NCBI GenBank assembly: GCA_937922785.1
Contig: CALAJQ010000018.1
Coordinates: 121,855 to 185,854 of the forward strand
DNA: 64,000 nt
Origin: an uncultured Acidimicrobiales bacterium
Lineage (GTDB): Bacteria > Actinomycetota > Acidimicrobiia > Acidimicrobiales > SZUA-35
Direction of reading: 5' to 3'
The notes below the pieces were generated by a model. It did not search any database. It worked only from the letters and a program-made list of their open reading frames with translations, and had not been told where the DNA came from. Shown piece by piece: positions 1 through 9,265 of the stretch (positions within the stretch are counted from its first letter, which is position 1; the number at the start of each line of letters is the position of its first letter). The position numbers and the translations under genes are program-made.

Positions 1-318
1 TGAACGGTTGAAAGTAATCATTTCCGCGATTTGTCGGCTGAATTTGCCTCTCTGGGGGCATCAATCGTGGGAATAAGTGTCGATCAGGTTGATCGACAGA
101 AGAAATTCGCTGACAAGAACGACCTTGGGTTCCCGCTTCTGAGCGATCCCGACAAGAAGGTTGCATCCCAATTTGGGGTAAAGCGGCTGGCTTTTCTGCC
201 GAATAAAAGAGCAACGTTTGTGATCGGTACTGATGGCACGGTGCTGTCAGAAATCACCAGCGAAACGAATATGAATGCACATGCTGACCAGGCATTAGAG
301 GTGTTAAGGGCCCTCTAG
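1..318 (+). CDS. Peroxiredoxin (BCP/AhpC-TSA family), 5'-truncated by window edge
   Basis: GISVD...FPLLSDPDKKVA..FGV and KRATFVIG.DG motifs typical of BCP peroxiredoxins. Confidence 0.85.
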
Positions 319-325
319 GCTGCCG

Positions 326-850
326 GTGTCGGCCGTGGCGATTGGGCGACACCGGAAAATGTACACACCACTATTGATTGCACTAGGCGCTCTGATCCTG
401 ATCGTCGGCTTGCTGCTGTTGGCATGGTCGAAATCGGGCTGGCTAGCCGATCGACGTAACGCGCTGGGTCGGATTGATCGGTTCGTAGACGATCTGAACC
501 GACTTTCCGAGCGGTTTCCCAGCATCAGCGCGCAGCTTGATCTTCCAAAGCTAAACGACAACTGGCCAGTCCAACGCGCCGAAGTGGTCAGCGAAGGCAC
601 CTTCTTTGCCTGGTTCAAAGCGGGTCGCCCTGCCCGCACATCTGGAATTCCGAACGCTGAGGCGCTATTCAGATTTGCTCGGAGCCAGGCCGAACCCCTC
701 AGCTTCTCAATAGCTAGAGTCGAGGACGACCCAACTGATGAGCTGATTCGCCGAATCAAGGCCGTGATCGACGCCAGAACTGGCCGATTCTTGATGGACA
801 TTAGATATGTCCGCTTGTCCCAGCCTCAGAAATCGGCTGACATCGGCTGA
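326..850 (+). CDS. Hypothetical protein with N-terminal TM helix (likely start ATG 359)
   Basis: ORF with hydrophobic LLIALGALILIVGLLLLAW segment. Confidence 0.6.
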   Translation: MSAVAIGRHRKMYTPLLIALGALILIVGLLLLAWSKSGWLADRRNALGRIDRFVDDLNRLSERFPSISAQLDLPKLNDNWPVQRAEVVSEGTFFAWFKAGRPARTSGIPNAEALFRFARSQAEPLSFSIARVEDDPTDELIRRIKAVIDARTGRFLMDIRYVRLSQPQKSADIG

Positions 851-893
851 CAATGCGTTCTGTCTGACAGCGAGTTCTAGCTGATAGAGCTGT

Positions 894-1781
894 CTAGATT
901 CGCTCCAGCTCTCCGCCGTCAAACAGCGGCGTCATGTCATTCGCAATCGCAATGGCTTCCATCATCTCGTCGCCAACTGGTTCGGGGTCGATAGCGGCCG
1001 CGTAAGTCGTTTCCAGCAATCTGCTATCGGAAGATGTGTTCAGGAAAACCTGGGTGTTTTGCAGCACCCAATGAACAGCCGATGTAATTGCCGCCTCTTC
1101 AGCGAGCGGCTCGTACCAGCTGAAGCGGCGTTCAGGAATCTCGGGCCAACGCCGCCGAGCTACAGACTTGATGGTCTGCACTGCAACTGAAGTTTGATCG
1201 CAGTAGTCGAGAAGCGCCTGCAAGTCGGCTTGGTACTGCTGATTCTGCCAAAGCACGAAGTTCATGGGTACCAACACCGACGCGAATGGGTATCGCTCGA
1301 GGCTTCGCAGGTGCATCTTCGGGATCCGGAGTCCGTGACCTGTCACCCCAATATGGCTGCAGAGACCTTCTTCCTTGGCCTTGATTAGCGCTTCAACAGC
1401 CCCACCCGGTCCGTGGGCCTCATCCCACTCATTCTGCTCAACCAGGTTGTGGAGTTGAATCATGTCGACCCGGTCTGTGCCTAGACGCTCTAGCGAAAGC
1501 TCTAGTTCGGCCCTGGCATCGTCGCCGTTTCGTGCCCCAGTCTTGGTGGCAAGGAAAACCCTGTTTCGGTTCTCGGCCAACCAAGGTGCCAAGTTCAGCT
1601 CGGATCGGCCATAAGAAGCTGCGGTGTCTAGATGGTTGACCCCAACCTCCATCGCTCGGTCCAGCACTTCCCATGCCCGTTCAGGAGTACCACCAGCCAG
1701 TGCGGCTGCCCCGAAGAGCACTCTAGAGCTCATGTGTCCGGTCGATCCGAAGTTCATGCGGGGGATTGTCGATGAGGTCAT
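894..1781 (-). CDS. Aldo/keto reductase
   Basis: GVNHLDTAASYG.SE, FLATKT, SLERLGTDRVDMIQLH, IGVTGH motifs. Confidence 0.92.
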   Translation of the reverse strand: MTSSTIPRMNFGSTGHMSSRVLFGAAALAGGTPERAWEVLDRAMEVGVNHLDTAASYGRSELNLAPWLAENRNRVFLATKTGARNGDDARAELELSLERLGTDRVDMIQLHNLVEQNEWDEAHGPGGAVEALIKAKEEGLCSHIGVTGHGLRIPKMHLRSLERYPFASVLVPMNFVLWQNQQYQADLQALLDYCDQTSVAVQTIKSVARRRWPEIPERRFSWYEPLAEEAAITSAVHWVLQNTQVFLNTSSDSRLLETTYAAAIDPEPVGDEMMEAIAIANDMTPLFDGGELERI

Positions 1782-1843
1782 GGGTTCGAAAGTAGTAGGT
1801 GGGGGTGACCCCGGCCAGCTCTCAAGTGAGACATCCTTACAGG

Positions 1844-3193
1844 GTGCAGGTAATAATCATTGGTGCTGGAGAGATCGGGTGGTATTTGGCCGAGATCCTC
1901 GCAGCCGAACATCATGATGTCAGCGTTGTCGAACTGGACCCCGGCCGGGCGGCTCGAATCGCTGGAAGTCTTGACGTTCAGGTAATTGTTGGATCCGGCT
2001 CTTCACCCGCTGTTCTGGAACAGGCCGGCATCGCCAACGCCGACTTCCTGGCAGCAGTGACCCAGATCGACGAAGTGAATCTCGTAGCAGCGTTGCTAGC
2101 CAAGGAGCACTTCGTCGACACCACAGTGGTCCGTCTGCAACAAGAAGAGTTGCGCGGCAGCGCCGGTCGAAGACTGATTGCAACCGTGGGTGCCGATCTT
2201 GTTATCGATCCCGATGCCGACACTGCCGATGAAATCATCGAACTGGTTCATGACACCGGTGCCGACGAGGTGTACCCGATGGCGGGGGGCCAGCTTGTTG
2301 TCATCGGCGCTGTTGTAAGAGAGGGCGCCGAGTTTGCTGGCATGAGCTTGGCCGAGATCGGCCAAGCCATGGGTCCGGAATGGGACTTCCTGTTCGGCTC
2401 AATTACTCGCGGTGGAGTGTCGATCATCCCGCGGGGCAATGAGACCCTCGAAGTTGGTGATCATGTTCGCGTCGTTTCGAAGCCTTCAGCTCGCCGCCAG
2501 GTGCTCGACCTACTTGGAGTCCCGGGCGGTAGGGCAAAACGAGTGATGGTGCTCGGCGGCGGATCGATCGGCGGCCGTCTGGCTGAGATCTTGCAAGATG
2601 AGGGGGTCAGCGTCGTTCTGATTGAAGGCGACCGATCGCGGGCTGAGCAACTGGCCGAGCGTTTGCCGCGAGTAGCGGTTGTGTTTGGAGACGTTAACGA
2701 CACTGAGCTTCTAGCCCAGGAGGCCGTCGGCCGTATGGACGCGGTAGTGGCAGCCACCGGCGAAGACGGCGCAAACGTTTTGGCTTGCGCATTTGCCGCT
2801 TCAGAAGGTGCGGTTTTCACAGTTGCTGTGCTGCACCGCCTGGCCTTGCTTCCTCTTGTATCCAGGTTCGGAATTGACGCGGCTCTTTCGCCTCGAACCG
2901 CTTCGGCGAACGCGGTATTGCGTCAGGTCCGCGGCGGCACATCTGCGGTTGCCACCTTCCTTGAGACTGACGCTGAGGCAGATGAAATTGAAATCGAGGC
3001 CGGCTCGTTGGCTGACGGTGCGGTTGTTGCAGACCTTCATCTCCCTCGGTCGATACTGCTTGGCGCCGTCACAAGCGCTGATGGTTCTGTGGAGATCGTC
3101 CGTGGTCACACTCAACTCAAGGCGGGAGATCACGTTGTTGTTTTTGCCCGCCCCGACTCTCTTGCTAGCGCCCGTGGGTTCTTCACTAAATGA
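1844..3193 (+). CDS. trkA: Trk potassium uptake NAD-binding subunit
   Basis: Two Rossmann motifs (IIIGAGEIG, VLGGGSIG) plus TrkA-C domains; GTG start at 1844; coupled to trkH. Confidence 0.93.
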   Translation: MQVIIIGAGEIGWYLAEILAAEHHDVSVVELDPGRAARIAGSLDVQVIVGSGSSPAVLEQAGIANADFLAAVTQIDEVNLVAALLAKEHFVDTTVVRLQQEELRGSAGRRLIATVGADLVIDPDADTADEIIELVHDTGADEVYPMAGGQLVVIGAVVREGAEFAGMSLAEIGQAMGPEWDFLFGSITRGGVSIIPRGNETLEVGDHVRVVSKPSARRQVLDLLGVPGGRAKRVMVLGGGSIGGRLAEILQDEGVSVVLIEGDRSRAEQLAERLPRVAVVFGDVNDTELLAQEAVGRMDAVVAATGEDGANVLACAFAASEGAVFTVAVLHRLALLPLVSRFGIDAALSPRTASANAVLRQVRGGTSAVATFLETDAEADEIEIEAGSLADGAVVADLHLPRSILLGAVTSADGSVEIVRGHTQLKAGDHVVVFARPDSLASARGFFTK

Positions 3194-4704
3194 AGCACGA
3201 GGCAACGCTAGAGCCGTCTAACAAAAAGCAAAGCCTGACTATTCACATCGTTGGGTTCACTTTGCTTTTCGCCGGCATCGGGATCTTGGTGGCCGGATTG
3301 GTCGAAGCCGTCGACGGCGGCCCCGATGTTTTGGAGCTTCTGCTTTCAGGTGGCGTGGCCAGCGTGTTGGGTTGGGCCGGCTGGCGCTACACGGACGTGC
3401 CAACCAGGGTTCAGACCACTGACGTTTTTACAACGGTCACATTGTCGTGGATTGTGATGTCCGTGGCTGCGGCCATTCCATACATGTTGACGGGCACGTT
3501 GACGCAGTTCGACGATGCACTGTTCGAGGCTGTCTCCGGACTGACGACCACAGGCGCCACAGTCCTGCCTAAGATTTCAGATGCGTCCCAGGGCCTGTTG
3601 TTCTGGAGGGCCATCACCCAGTGGCTTGGCGGCATGGGTGTAATCGTCTTGGTTGTGGCAATCTTGCCAACCTTCGGCGCCGGCGGGATGGACTTGCTAG
3701 AAGCAGAAGCTCCAGGCCCCACTGGGGAACGTCTGACGCCTCGTGTTCGCAACACCGCCCGCAGGCTGTGGGGTGTCTACCTTGGTTTCACGATTGTTTT
3801 GGCCATTGCCTATTTCGCCGCTGGCATGTCGATCTATGACGCCGTCAGCCACAGCTTCACAACTGTTTCTACCGGCGGCTTCTCGCCCCATGATGCCTCG
3901 ATCGCCCACTTTGATTCCGCTCTGATTGAGTGGATCGCAATTGTTGCCATGTTTACCGCTGGGTCAAGCTTCACGCTTATCTATCGGGTCCTTAAGGGCA
4001 AGCCGGGCAGCCTGTTCACCTCGGGCGAGTTCCGGCTTTACGCAACAGTTGTGGTGTCGGCCACTGCCATTGTCTACTTCACTGCTGGTGATTCGGTGTC
4101 TGGGCTAGAAGGGCTTCGAGATTCCGCCTTCGCCATAACCGCAATCACATCGACCACCGGGTTTGGAACTACCGACTTTGGTCGGTGGGCTGATTCCGCA
4201 CAGACCATCCTGCTATTGCTTATGCCGCTTGGTGCTATGGCCGGCTCTACCGCAGGTGGCGTAAAGCTTGTCCGCATTCTCGCCGTAGCAAGCTTTGCCC
4301 GCCGTGAAGTGATGCGTCAGATTCACCCCGGGCTGGTACGTCCAACCCGAATTGGTCGAAGCAGCTTGGACGAGACAGTGACGAATCGAGTGGTTGGCTT
4401 TGTTGTCCTGTCGTTGGGCTTCTTTGGTTTCGGCGCTATCTACACAGCTTTGGCTGGGGCCGACATGGTCACGGCCTTCTCCGCATCGGCAACCGCCATT
4501 GGCAACGTTGGTCCGGGCCTGGGTGACATCAGCCCCGCCTTCAACTTCCTGGCTGTGCCTCGGTCGGCCCGCTGGGTCGCCATGGTGTTGATGTTGCTGG
4601 GGCGTCTCGAGATTTACCCGATTCTGTTGGCGCTGGCATCGGTACCGCTGCGACTCGGGCCAAAGCGCAGAACCGCCAGGGCTCGGGCTATCGGCCGCCG
4701 CTGA
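3190..4704 (+). CDS. trkH: Trk potassium uptake membrane subunit
   Basis: FEAVSGLTTTGAT, QWLGGMG, TVSTGGFS, STTGF, GSTAGG, GNVGPG, GRLE motifs; ATGA overlap with trkA. Confidence 0.95.
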   Translation: MKHEATLEPSNKKQSLTIHIVGFTLLFAGIGILVAGLVEAVDGGPDVLELLLSGGVASVLGWAGWRYTDVPTRVQTTDVFTTVTLSWIVMSVAAAIPYMLTGTLTQFDDALFEAVSGLTTTGATVLPKISDASQGLLFWRAITQWLGGMGVIVLVVAILPTFGAGGMDLLEAEAPGPTGERLTPRVRNTARRLWGVYLGFTIVLAIAYFAAGMSIYDAVSHSFTTVSTGGFSPHDASIAHFDSALIEWIAIVAMFTAGSSFTLIYRVLKGKPGSLFTSGEFRLYATVVVSATAIVYFTAGDSVSGLEGLRDSAFAITAITSTTGFGTTDFGRWADSAQTILLLLMPLGAMAGSTAGGVKLVRILAVASFARREVMRQIHPGLVRPTRIGRSSLDETVTNRVVGFVVLSLGFFGFGAIYTALAGADMVTAFSASATAIGNVGPGLGDISPAFNFLAVPRSARWVAMVLMLLGRLEIYPILLALASVPLRLGPKRRTARARAIGRR

Positions 4705-5434
4705 CGTTTAGAAGTGTCCCGCTCACGTAACTGGCTTGGTCTGATGCCAGCCACAAGATTGCGTCGGCTACTTCAATTGCTTGTCCGCCCCGCTTCATAG
4801 GAACGTTTTCGGCTAAACGGTCTACCCGGTTTGGGTCGCCGGCATCGGAGTGAATGTCGGTGTAGATCAGGCCTGGGCGGACAGCATTCACGCGTATGCC
4901 TTCGTCGGCAACCTCTTTGGCCAGCCCAATAGTCATCGTGTCCATCGCACCCTTGCTAGCGGCATAGTCAATGAACTCGTTCGGACTTCCAAGATAGGAA
5001 GCGGCCGATGACACGTTCACAATTGCGCCACCAGCTCCGCCGTTGCGGGTGCTCATTGCCTTTACCGCTTCGCGGGCACACATGATTGCGCCGGTCACGT
5101 TGACCGCCATGATGCGAGAGACCCGATCGAAGCTGAACTGGTCAAGCCGCTGCATTGGCTCCAGAACGCCTGCGTTGATTATCACCGCCGAAATGTCGCC
5201 CATCTGCGAGGCGGCTTTGAACAGGCCGATCACCTCAGCCTCAACAGCAACATCGGCTTGGACTGCCTGGGCAGTGGCCCCTGCCGCTTCACAGTCGGCC
5301 ACAACACTGGCCGCAGCTTCGGCGTTGGAGGCATAGCTGATGCAAACCGCATAGCCGGCCTCGGCCGCCCGTGTGGCAGTGACCGCTCCAATGCCGCGGC
5401 TCCCACCAGTTATCAACATGACGGGTGCGCTCAT
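4688..5434 (-). CDS. SDR family oxidoreductase
   Basis: TGGSRGIG, NAG, YAASK, IRVNAVRPG motifs. Confidence 0.95.
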   Translation of the reverse strand: MSAPVMLITGGSRGIGAVTATRAAEAGYAVCISYASNAEAAASVVADCEAAGATAQAVQADVAVEAEVIGLFKAASQMGDISAVIINAGVLEPMQRLDQFSFDRVSRIMAVNVTGAIMCAREAVKAMSTRNGGAGGAIVNVSSAASYLGSPNEFIDYAASKGAMDTMTIGLAKEVADEGIRVNAVRPGLIYTDIHSDAGDPNRVDRLAENVPMKRGGQAIEVADAILWLASDQASYVSGTLLNVSGGR

Positions 5435-5465
5435 TGGTTTCTCATTTCTCTGGTGCTGTGGGGGC

Positions 5466-6029
5466 CTATTGCTCGAGCCAGGCGGGGGAGTGATCTAGCA
5501 AAAACTCGCTCACATCGTTGCAGCGATCGAACGCGTCGCATAGATCTTCGCGATGCATAAAGAGGTCTGCCAGATCTAGTGCGAGTTTGGCGTTGATAGC
5601 CAAAGAACGCTCTGGTGCGTCGGTCACTTCAGCTGTGGAATCGATGGCAGAAATCTGCAGTGGCAGATCGGGCCCGCCTACGCCGGCCAGGTCGGTAGCC
5701 AGGTGCAGCAGGTCAGGCGCTTTCAAAAGCGGAGGCATCGCCCAGCTGAACATCAGCGGGAATGTCATGCCGGTTGGAGGGTCTGCGTCTTCGGGTAGTG
5801 ACAGCATCTGATCTTCGAACGCGAGCAGGATGCGAGGGTCTACCTCGATTGCCAGGTGAAGGTCTAGTGGGCCGCCACAGGCCCGCTCGGGGTGCAGGTC
5901 AACCTCGAACACTTGGCGCATTGAGTAGGTCTCAACAAAATGCCGTTCGTCGTGAACATGGAAGCCATGGTCGGTTGCATGATCCTTGAGGTCGGCCACA
6001 AAGCCGGGAACATCAATAATTGCCACCAC
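5466..6029 (-). CDS. Hypothetical protein
   Basis: 187-aa ORF with protein-like composition between housekeeping genes. Confidence 0.7.
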   Translation of the reverse strand: MVAIIDVPGFVADLKDHATDHGFHVHDERHFVETYSMRQVFEVDLHPERACGGPLDLHLAIEVDPRILLAFEDQMLSLPEDADPPTGMTFPLMFSWAMPPLLKAPDLLHLATDLAGVGGPDLPLQISAIDSTAEVTDAPERSLAINAKLALDLADLFMHREDLCDAFDRCNDVSEFLLDHSPAWLEQ

Positions 6030-6048
6030 TACAGCCTAGGTTGGGTTT

Positions 6049-6795
6049 GTGAAACCGGAAGCTCTCTTGGCGCTCTTTGATGATCTAACTGCGGAGCTCA
6101 TTGACGCTCTCGCTGATTTGAAAGACTGGGGCCTCAGCGGCCAGATCGAGGGTCAGTATCAGCACGACCTCGTTGCCGATGACATCTTCGTTCCCGCACT
6201 AACTGGCGCTGGCCTGCGAGTGCTAACTGAAGAGTCTGGGATTACCGGCGAAGGCGACATCACGGTGGTGGTTGATCCAGTTGACGGTTCCACGAACGCC
6301 TCGATGGGTCTGCCTTGGTATGCCACAAGTTTGTGCGCCGTCGACGCCGAGGGGCCATTGGCTGCATCAGTCATGAACCTGGCCACTGGCCAACGATTCC
6401 AAGCCATCCGAGGCGAAGGTGCCGAAGTTGACGAAGGCAAGCTCGAGCCGTCAAGTTGCATCGAGCTAAGTGATGCCATTGTCGCCTTCTCTGGCTGGCC
6501 CGCCGAACACGGAGGATGGCGCCAGTATCGAACCTACGGTGCGGGCGCGCTTGATATGTGTTCGGTTGCAGCAGGAGTGTTTGATGCCTTTGTTGACATC
6601 GATAGGGCCCATGGCGTGTGGGACTATCTCGGCGCCTACCTGGTTTGCGCTGAGTCTGGCCTAACCATGGTTGATTCAGCCGGCGAAGATCTGGTTGTTC
6701 TTGACCACGCAATTCGTCGAGGACCGGTGGTGGCCGCAACTCCCGAACTAGCCGTGGACATTCTGGCCGAGCTGCCTCGTTGGGTTTCTAACTAG
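6049..6795 (+). CDS. Inositol monophosphatase family protein
   Basis: TEESG, VDPVDGSTN, WD motifs. Confidence 0.9.
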   Translation: MKPEALLALFDDLTAELIDALADLKDWGLSGQIEGQYQHDLVADDIFVPALTGAGLRVLTEESGITGEGDITVVVDPVDGSTNASMGLPWYATSLCAVDAEGPLAASVMNLATGQRFQAIRGEGAEVDEGKLEPSSCIELSDAIVAFSGWPAEHGGWRQYRTYGAGALDMCSVAAGVFDAFVDIDRAHGVWDYLGAYLVCAESGLTMVDSAGEDLVVLDHAIRRGPVVAATPELAVDILAELPRWVSN

Positions 6796-6820
6796 GCGGC
6801 AGTTATTTGGACGGCGGTTA

Positions 6821-7675
6821 TTAGATGGAGACCTGACCGTCGATACAGGTCACGGCGTCGCCACCGACCCAAACCTTGCCATCATCTTCTGTGATGTAGA
6901 CCCGGCCAGCCCGGCCAATCTGTGTGCCTTGAGCTGCCACGTACGGCGAGCTGATGTGTCCGGATTTCAGCAGCCATTGAGCGACTGCAGCATTCAAGCT
7001 GCCAGTGACCGGATCTTCGCATGGAGTTCCGTTGGAGCTGAAGAACGCTCGGACCTCAAGATCGGTGCCGTCGTCTCCACCAACACCAGCGATGCCCAAG
7101 GTGTGGGGTCCAACCACGCCGATGCCTTCGCCGTTTCCGGCGGCATAGTCGCACTTGATGTCTCGAACCGTTTGGCCGTCTTTCAGGAGTACGCCCATCC
7201 AGCCGGGGCCGTTGTCACACCATTGGGCGTCAACAACCTCACCGGGATCGATCTGAAGAACCTTGCATGCGTTGGCTAGGTCAGCGGCGTCGACAGGGCC
7301 CGATCGTGTGGGTTCGGGGGCTGCAAAACTTACGCGACCGTCGATGCGGCGAAGCTCGATTAGGCCAAGCTCACATTCCTGAACGATTTTGTCATCGGAC
7401 TTTGGGCTGCCGCCTGCTTCAAGCCATGCGTGGCAGGTCCCGACGGTGGGGTGGCCGGCGAAAGGAAGTTCAGCGCCAGGGGTAAAGATGCGAACCCGAT
7501 AGTCAGCGGCCGGGTCAGTGGGTTCGAGCAGAAATGTGGTCTCAGAAAGATTCGTCCAGTTGGCAAACCGCTGCATTTGTTCGCCGTCAATACCGTCGGC
7601 ACCAATGACAACAGCAACCGGGTTTCCGAAATAGGGAACTGAAGTGAACACATCAACCTGCTTAAAAGACCTCAT
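6821..7675 (-). CDS. PhzF family isomerase
   Basis: QVDVFT..GNPVAV, NLSETTF, ELPFAGHPT, EDPVTGS motifs. Confidence 0.95.
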   Translation of the reverse strand: MRSFKQVDVFTSVPYFGNPVAVVIGADGIDGEQMQRFANWTNLSETTFLLEPTDPAADYRVRIFTPGAELPFAGHPTVGTCHAWLEAGGSPKSDDKIVQECELGLIELRRIDGRVSFAAPEPTRSGPVDAADLANACKVLQIDPGEVVDAQWCDNGPGWMGVLLKDGQTVRDIKCDYAAGNGEGIGVVGPHTLGIAGVGGDDGTDLEVRAFFSSNGTPCEDPVTGSLNAAVAQWLLKSGHISSPYVAAQGTQIGRAGRVYITEDDGKVWVGGDAVTCIDGQVSI

Positions 7676-7822
7676 GCTCAGGAATCTAATCGGACACTAA
7701 GGGGTCGGTGTCTCGAATTAACCCGACTCTCCGAAAAAAGGAGAAACGCGCAAAAGCGGCCAAGACGTGGATTCCTGTTACGAACAACCCGCATTCCCGC
7801 CAACCCGGCCGGCCCCGAAGGG

Positions 7823-9034
7823 CTAAGGACTGGAAGTTTGCGTTTTGCCGGTGCTGGGGCAGCGGGTGAGAGACCATCCACCCTGATGAATGAGACTGTG
7901 GTGGAAGCGGCAGACCAAAGTCAGGTTTTCCAGCGTCGTGGGCCCGCCGTCGTGGCGGGAGATGATGTGGTGCACGTCGCACCAGTCGAAGTGGCGGTCA
8001 CAACCATGGAATTGGCAGTGCCTGTCTCTGTAGCGAACGGCTCGGCGTTGGTTAGGTGTGATGTCGGCAACCGGTGACGCGTAGTCCAACTTCTGGGAAG
8101 CTCCCGAAAGCACACGGCGCCATGAAGCGTCGCAAGAAAGTTGGCCGATAATGGTGTGAGGAACCGGGCCTGTTCGATAAAGATCGGACATCAACTCGGA
8201 TACTTTCGGGGCCGAGCCGCCGAAGTCAAGGTTGATGACGGCTTCAATGGTCGCCCCACCTCGGCGGCGACCGTCAGGTTCGGTGCTTGGCTCGGTTTTG
8301 GGTTCGGGGGTGTCGTCTGAGGCTGTGTCTTGAGGGCCGTAAGCGAGGGCCATCTCTTCTAAGGCATCGGCCCGGCGTTGAGCAAGCGAGCGGTGTACTA
8401 AAGCCTGCTTGGGGTCTGGGTTGCCGGCCACAGCGTCCAGAGCTTGACCAACGGTTGCGAAAGCGATGGCGTCAAGGTCAAAGTTGCCGGTGCCCGAACC
8501 GTCAAGCCGTGCCTGCATCCAGAGACCACGGGTGTTGTGGCGATGGGCTGAATCCTCCTGGGCTGCGTCAAGGTCTGCGGCGTTTATCCAGCGAGCGATT
8601 GTGTCGGTGAAGTGGTCTAGGTCTTGGCTTGCGGCCACCATCAATAGTTCGGATTCGTTGGCTGAATAGAGGCTGGGGAATTTGGAGGCTGCCCTGGCCA
8701 ACAGTTCGGCGTGGGCAAGGCCGAAAGCGCCATCGGCCAAAGCTGCCTCAGTGAGGTCGTGACGGGCCATCAGGCGACAGATTGCGGTTAGTTGATTGGC
8801 CCGTTGAGGCGAAGTTTGACCGCTGTGGGCGACGTATCGTTGGGTGCTTACATAGCCCTTGAACTGGGGGAGTGACTTGCTATCGGCTACCGCAAGCGCC
8901 CGGAGAGCGGCGATAGTTGTTTGCTCGGCCAGCTGGAAAAGGGCCTCGGCGCGACGACCGGCCGGAATGCCCGAAAGGGAATCGACCGGTTCAGAAAGAG
9001 CTTCTTCGACTTGTTCACTTAGCGAACTTGCCAT
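7823..9034 (-). CDS. DUF222 + HNH endonuclease protein (REP13E12-like)
   Basis: QRRADAL, CDA, RDRHCQFHGC, CDVHHI..RHDGGPT.LENL..VCRFHH..IH motifs. Confidence 0.9.
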   Translation of the reverse strand: MASSLSEQVEEALSEPVDSLSGIPAGRRAEALFQLAEQTTIAALRALAVADSKSLPQFKGYVSTQRYVAHSGQTSPQRANQLTAICRLMARHDLTEAALADGAFGLAHAELLARAASKFPSLYSANESELLMVAASQDLDHFTDTIARWINAADLDAAQEDSAHRHNTRGLWMQARLDGSGTGNFDLDAIAFATVGQALDAVAGNPDPKQALVHRSLAQRRADALEEMALAYGPQDTASDDTPEPKTEPSTEPDGRRRGGATIEAVINLDFGGSAPKVSELMSDLYRTGPVPHTIIGQLSCDASWRRVLSGASQKLDYASPVADITPNQRRAVRYRDRHCQFHGCDRHFDWCDVHHIISRHDGGPTTLENLTLVCRFHHSLIHQGGWSLTRCPSTGKTQTSSP

Positions 9035-9040
9035 GTACAC

Positions 9041-9062
9041 ACAGTAGTTAGGGCCTATGACA
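9041..9062 (-). promoter_or_regulatory. PafBC/RecA-NDp-like DNA-damage promoter for the HNH gene, probably leaderless
   Basis: Minus strand TGTCAT-N10-TACTGT resembles TGTCGG-N10-TANNNT; ATG at 9034 begins 7 nt after the -10. Confidence 0.6.
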
Positions 9063-9188
9063 CCATCGATCGAAAACAGGCCTCAAACGGGCGAATCTCA
9101 AAAGAAATCTCGGAAATCTTTTGGATCACGGGAGTTCGGCAAATAGGCGAACAAAAGTTGAAAAGTACGATACGATCATGAGTCCTTA

Positions 9189-9265
9189 GGGCGCTTAGCT
9201 CAGTTGGCTAGAGCATCTCGTTTACACCGAGAGGGTCGGGGGTTCGAGTCCCTCAGCGCCCACCA
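9189..9265 (+). tRNA. tRNA-Val(TAC)
   Basis: GGGCGCT/AGCGCCC acceptor stem, D-arm TAGCTCAGTTGGCTAGAGC, anticodon loop TTTACAC, GGTTCGAGTCC T-arm, ACCA end. Confidence 0.97.

Noticed and set aside
304-801. Antisense ORF here and similar antisense ORFs over well-supported genes
   Set aside because: Overlap better-supported genes and lack motifs; typical high-GC shadow ORFs.
9147-9161. LexA-box-like CGAAC-AAAA-GTTGA upstream of the tRNA
   Set aside because: Mismatch in the conserved GTTC half-site and it overlaps the likely tRNA promoter.
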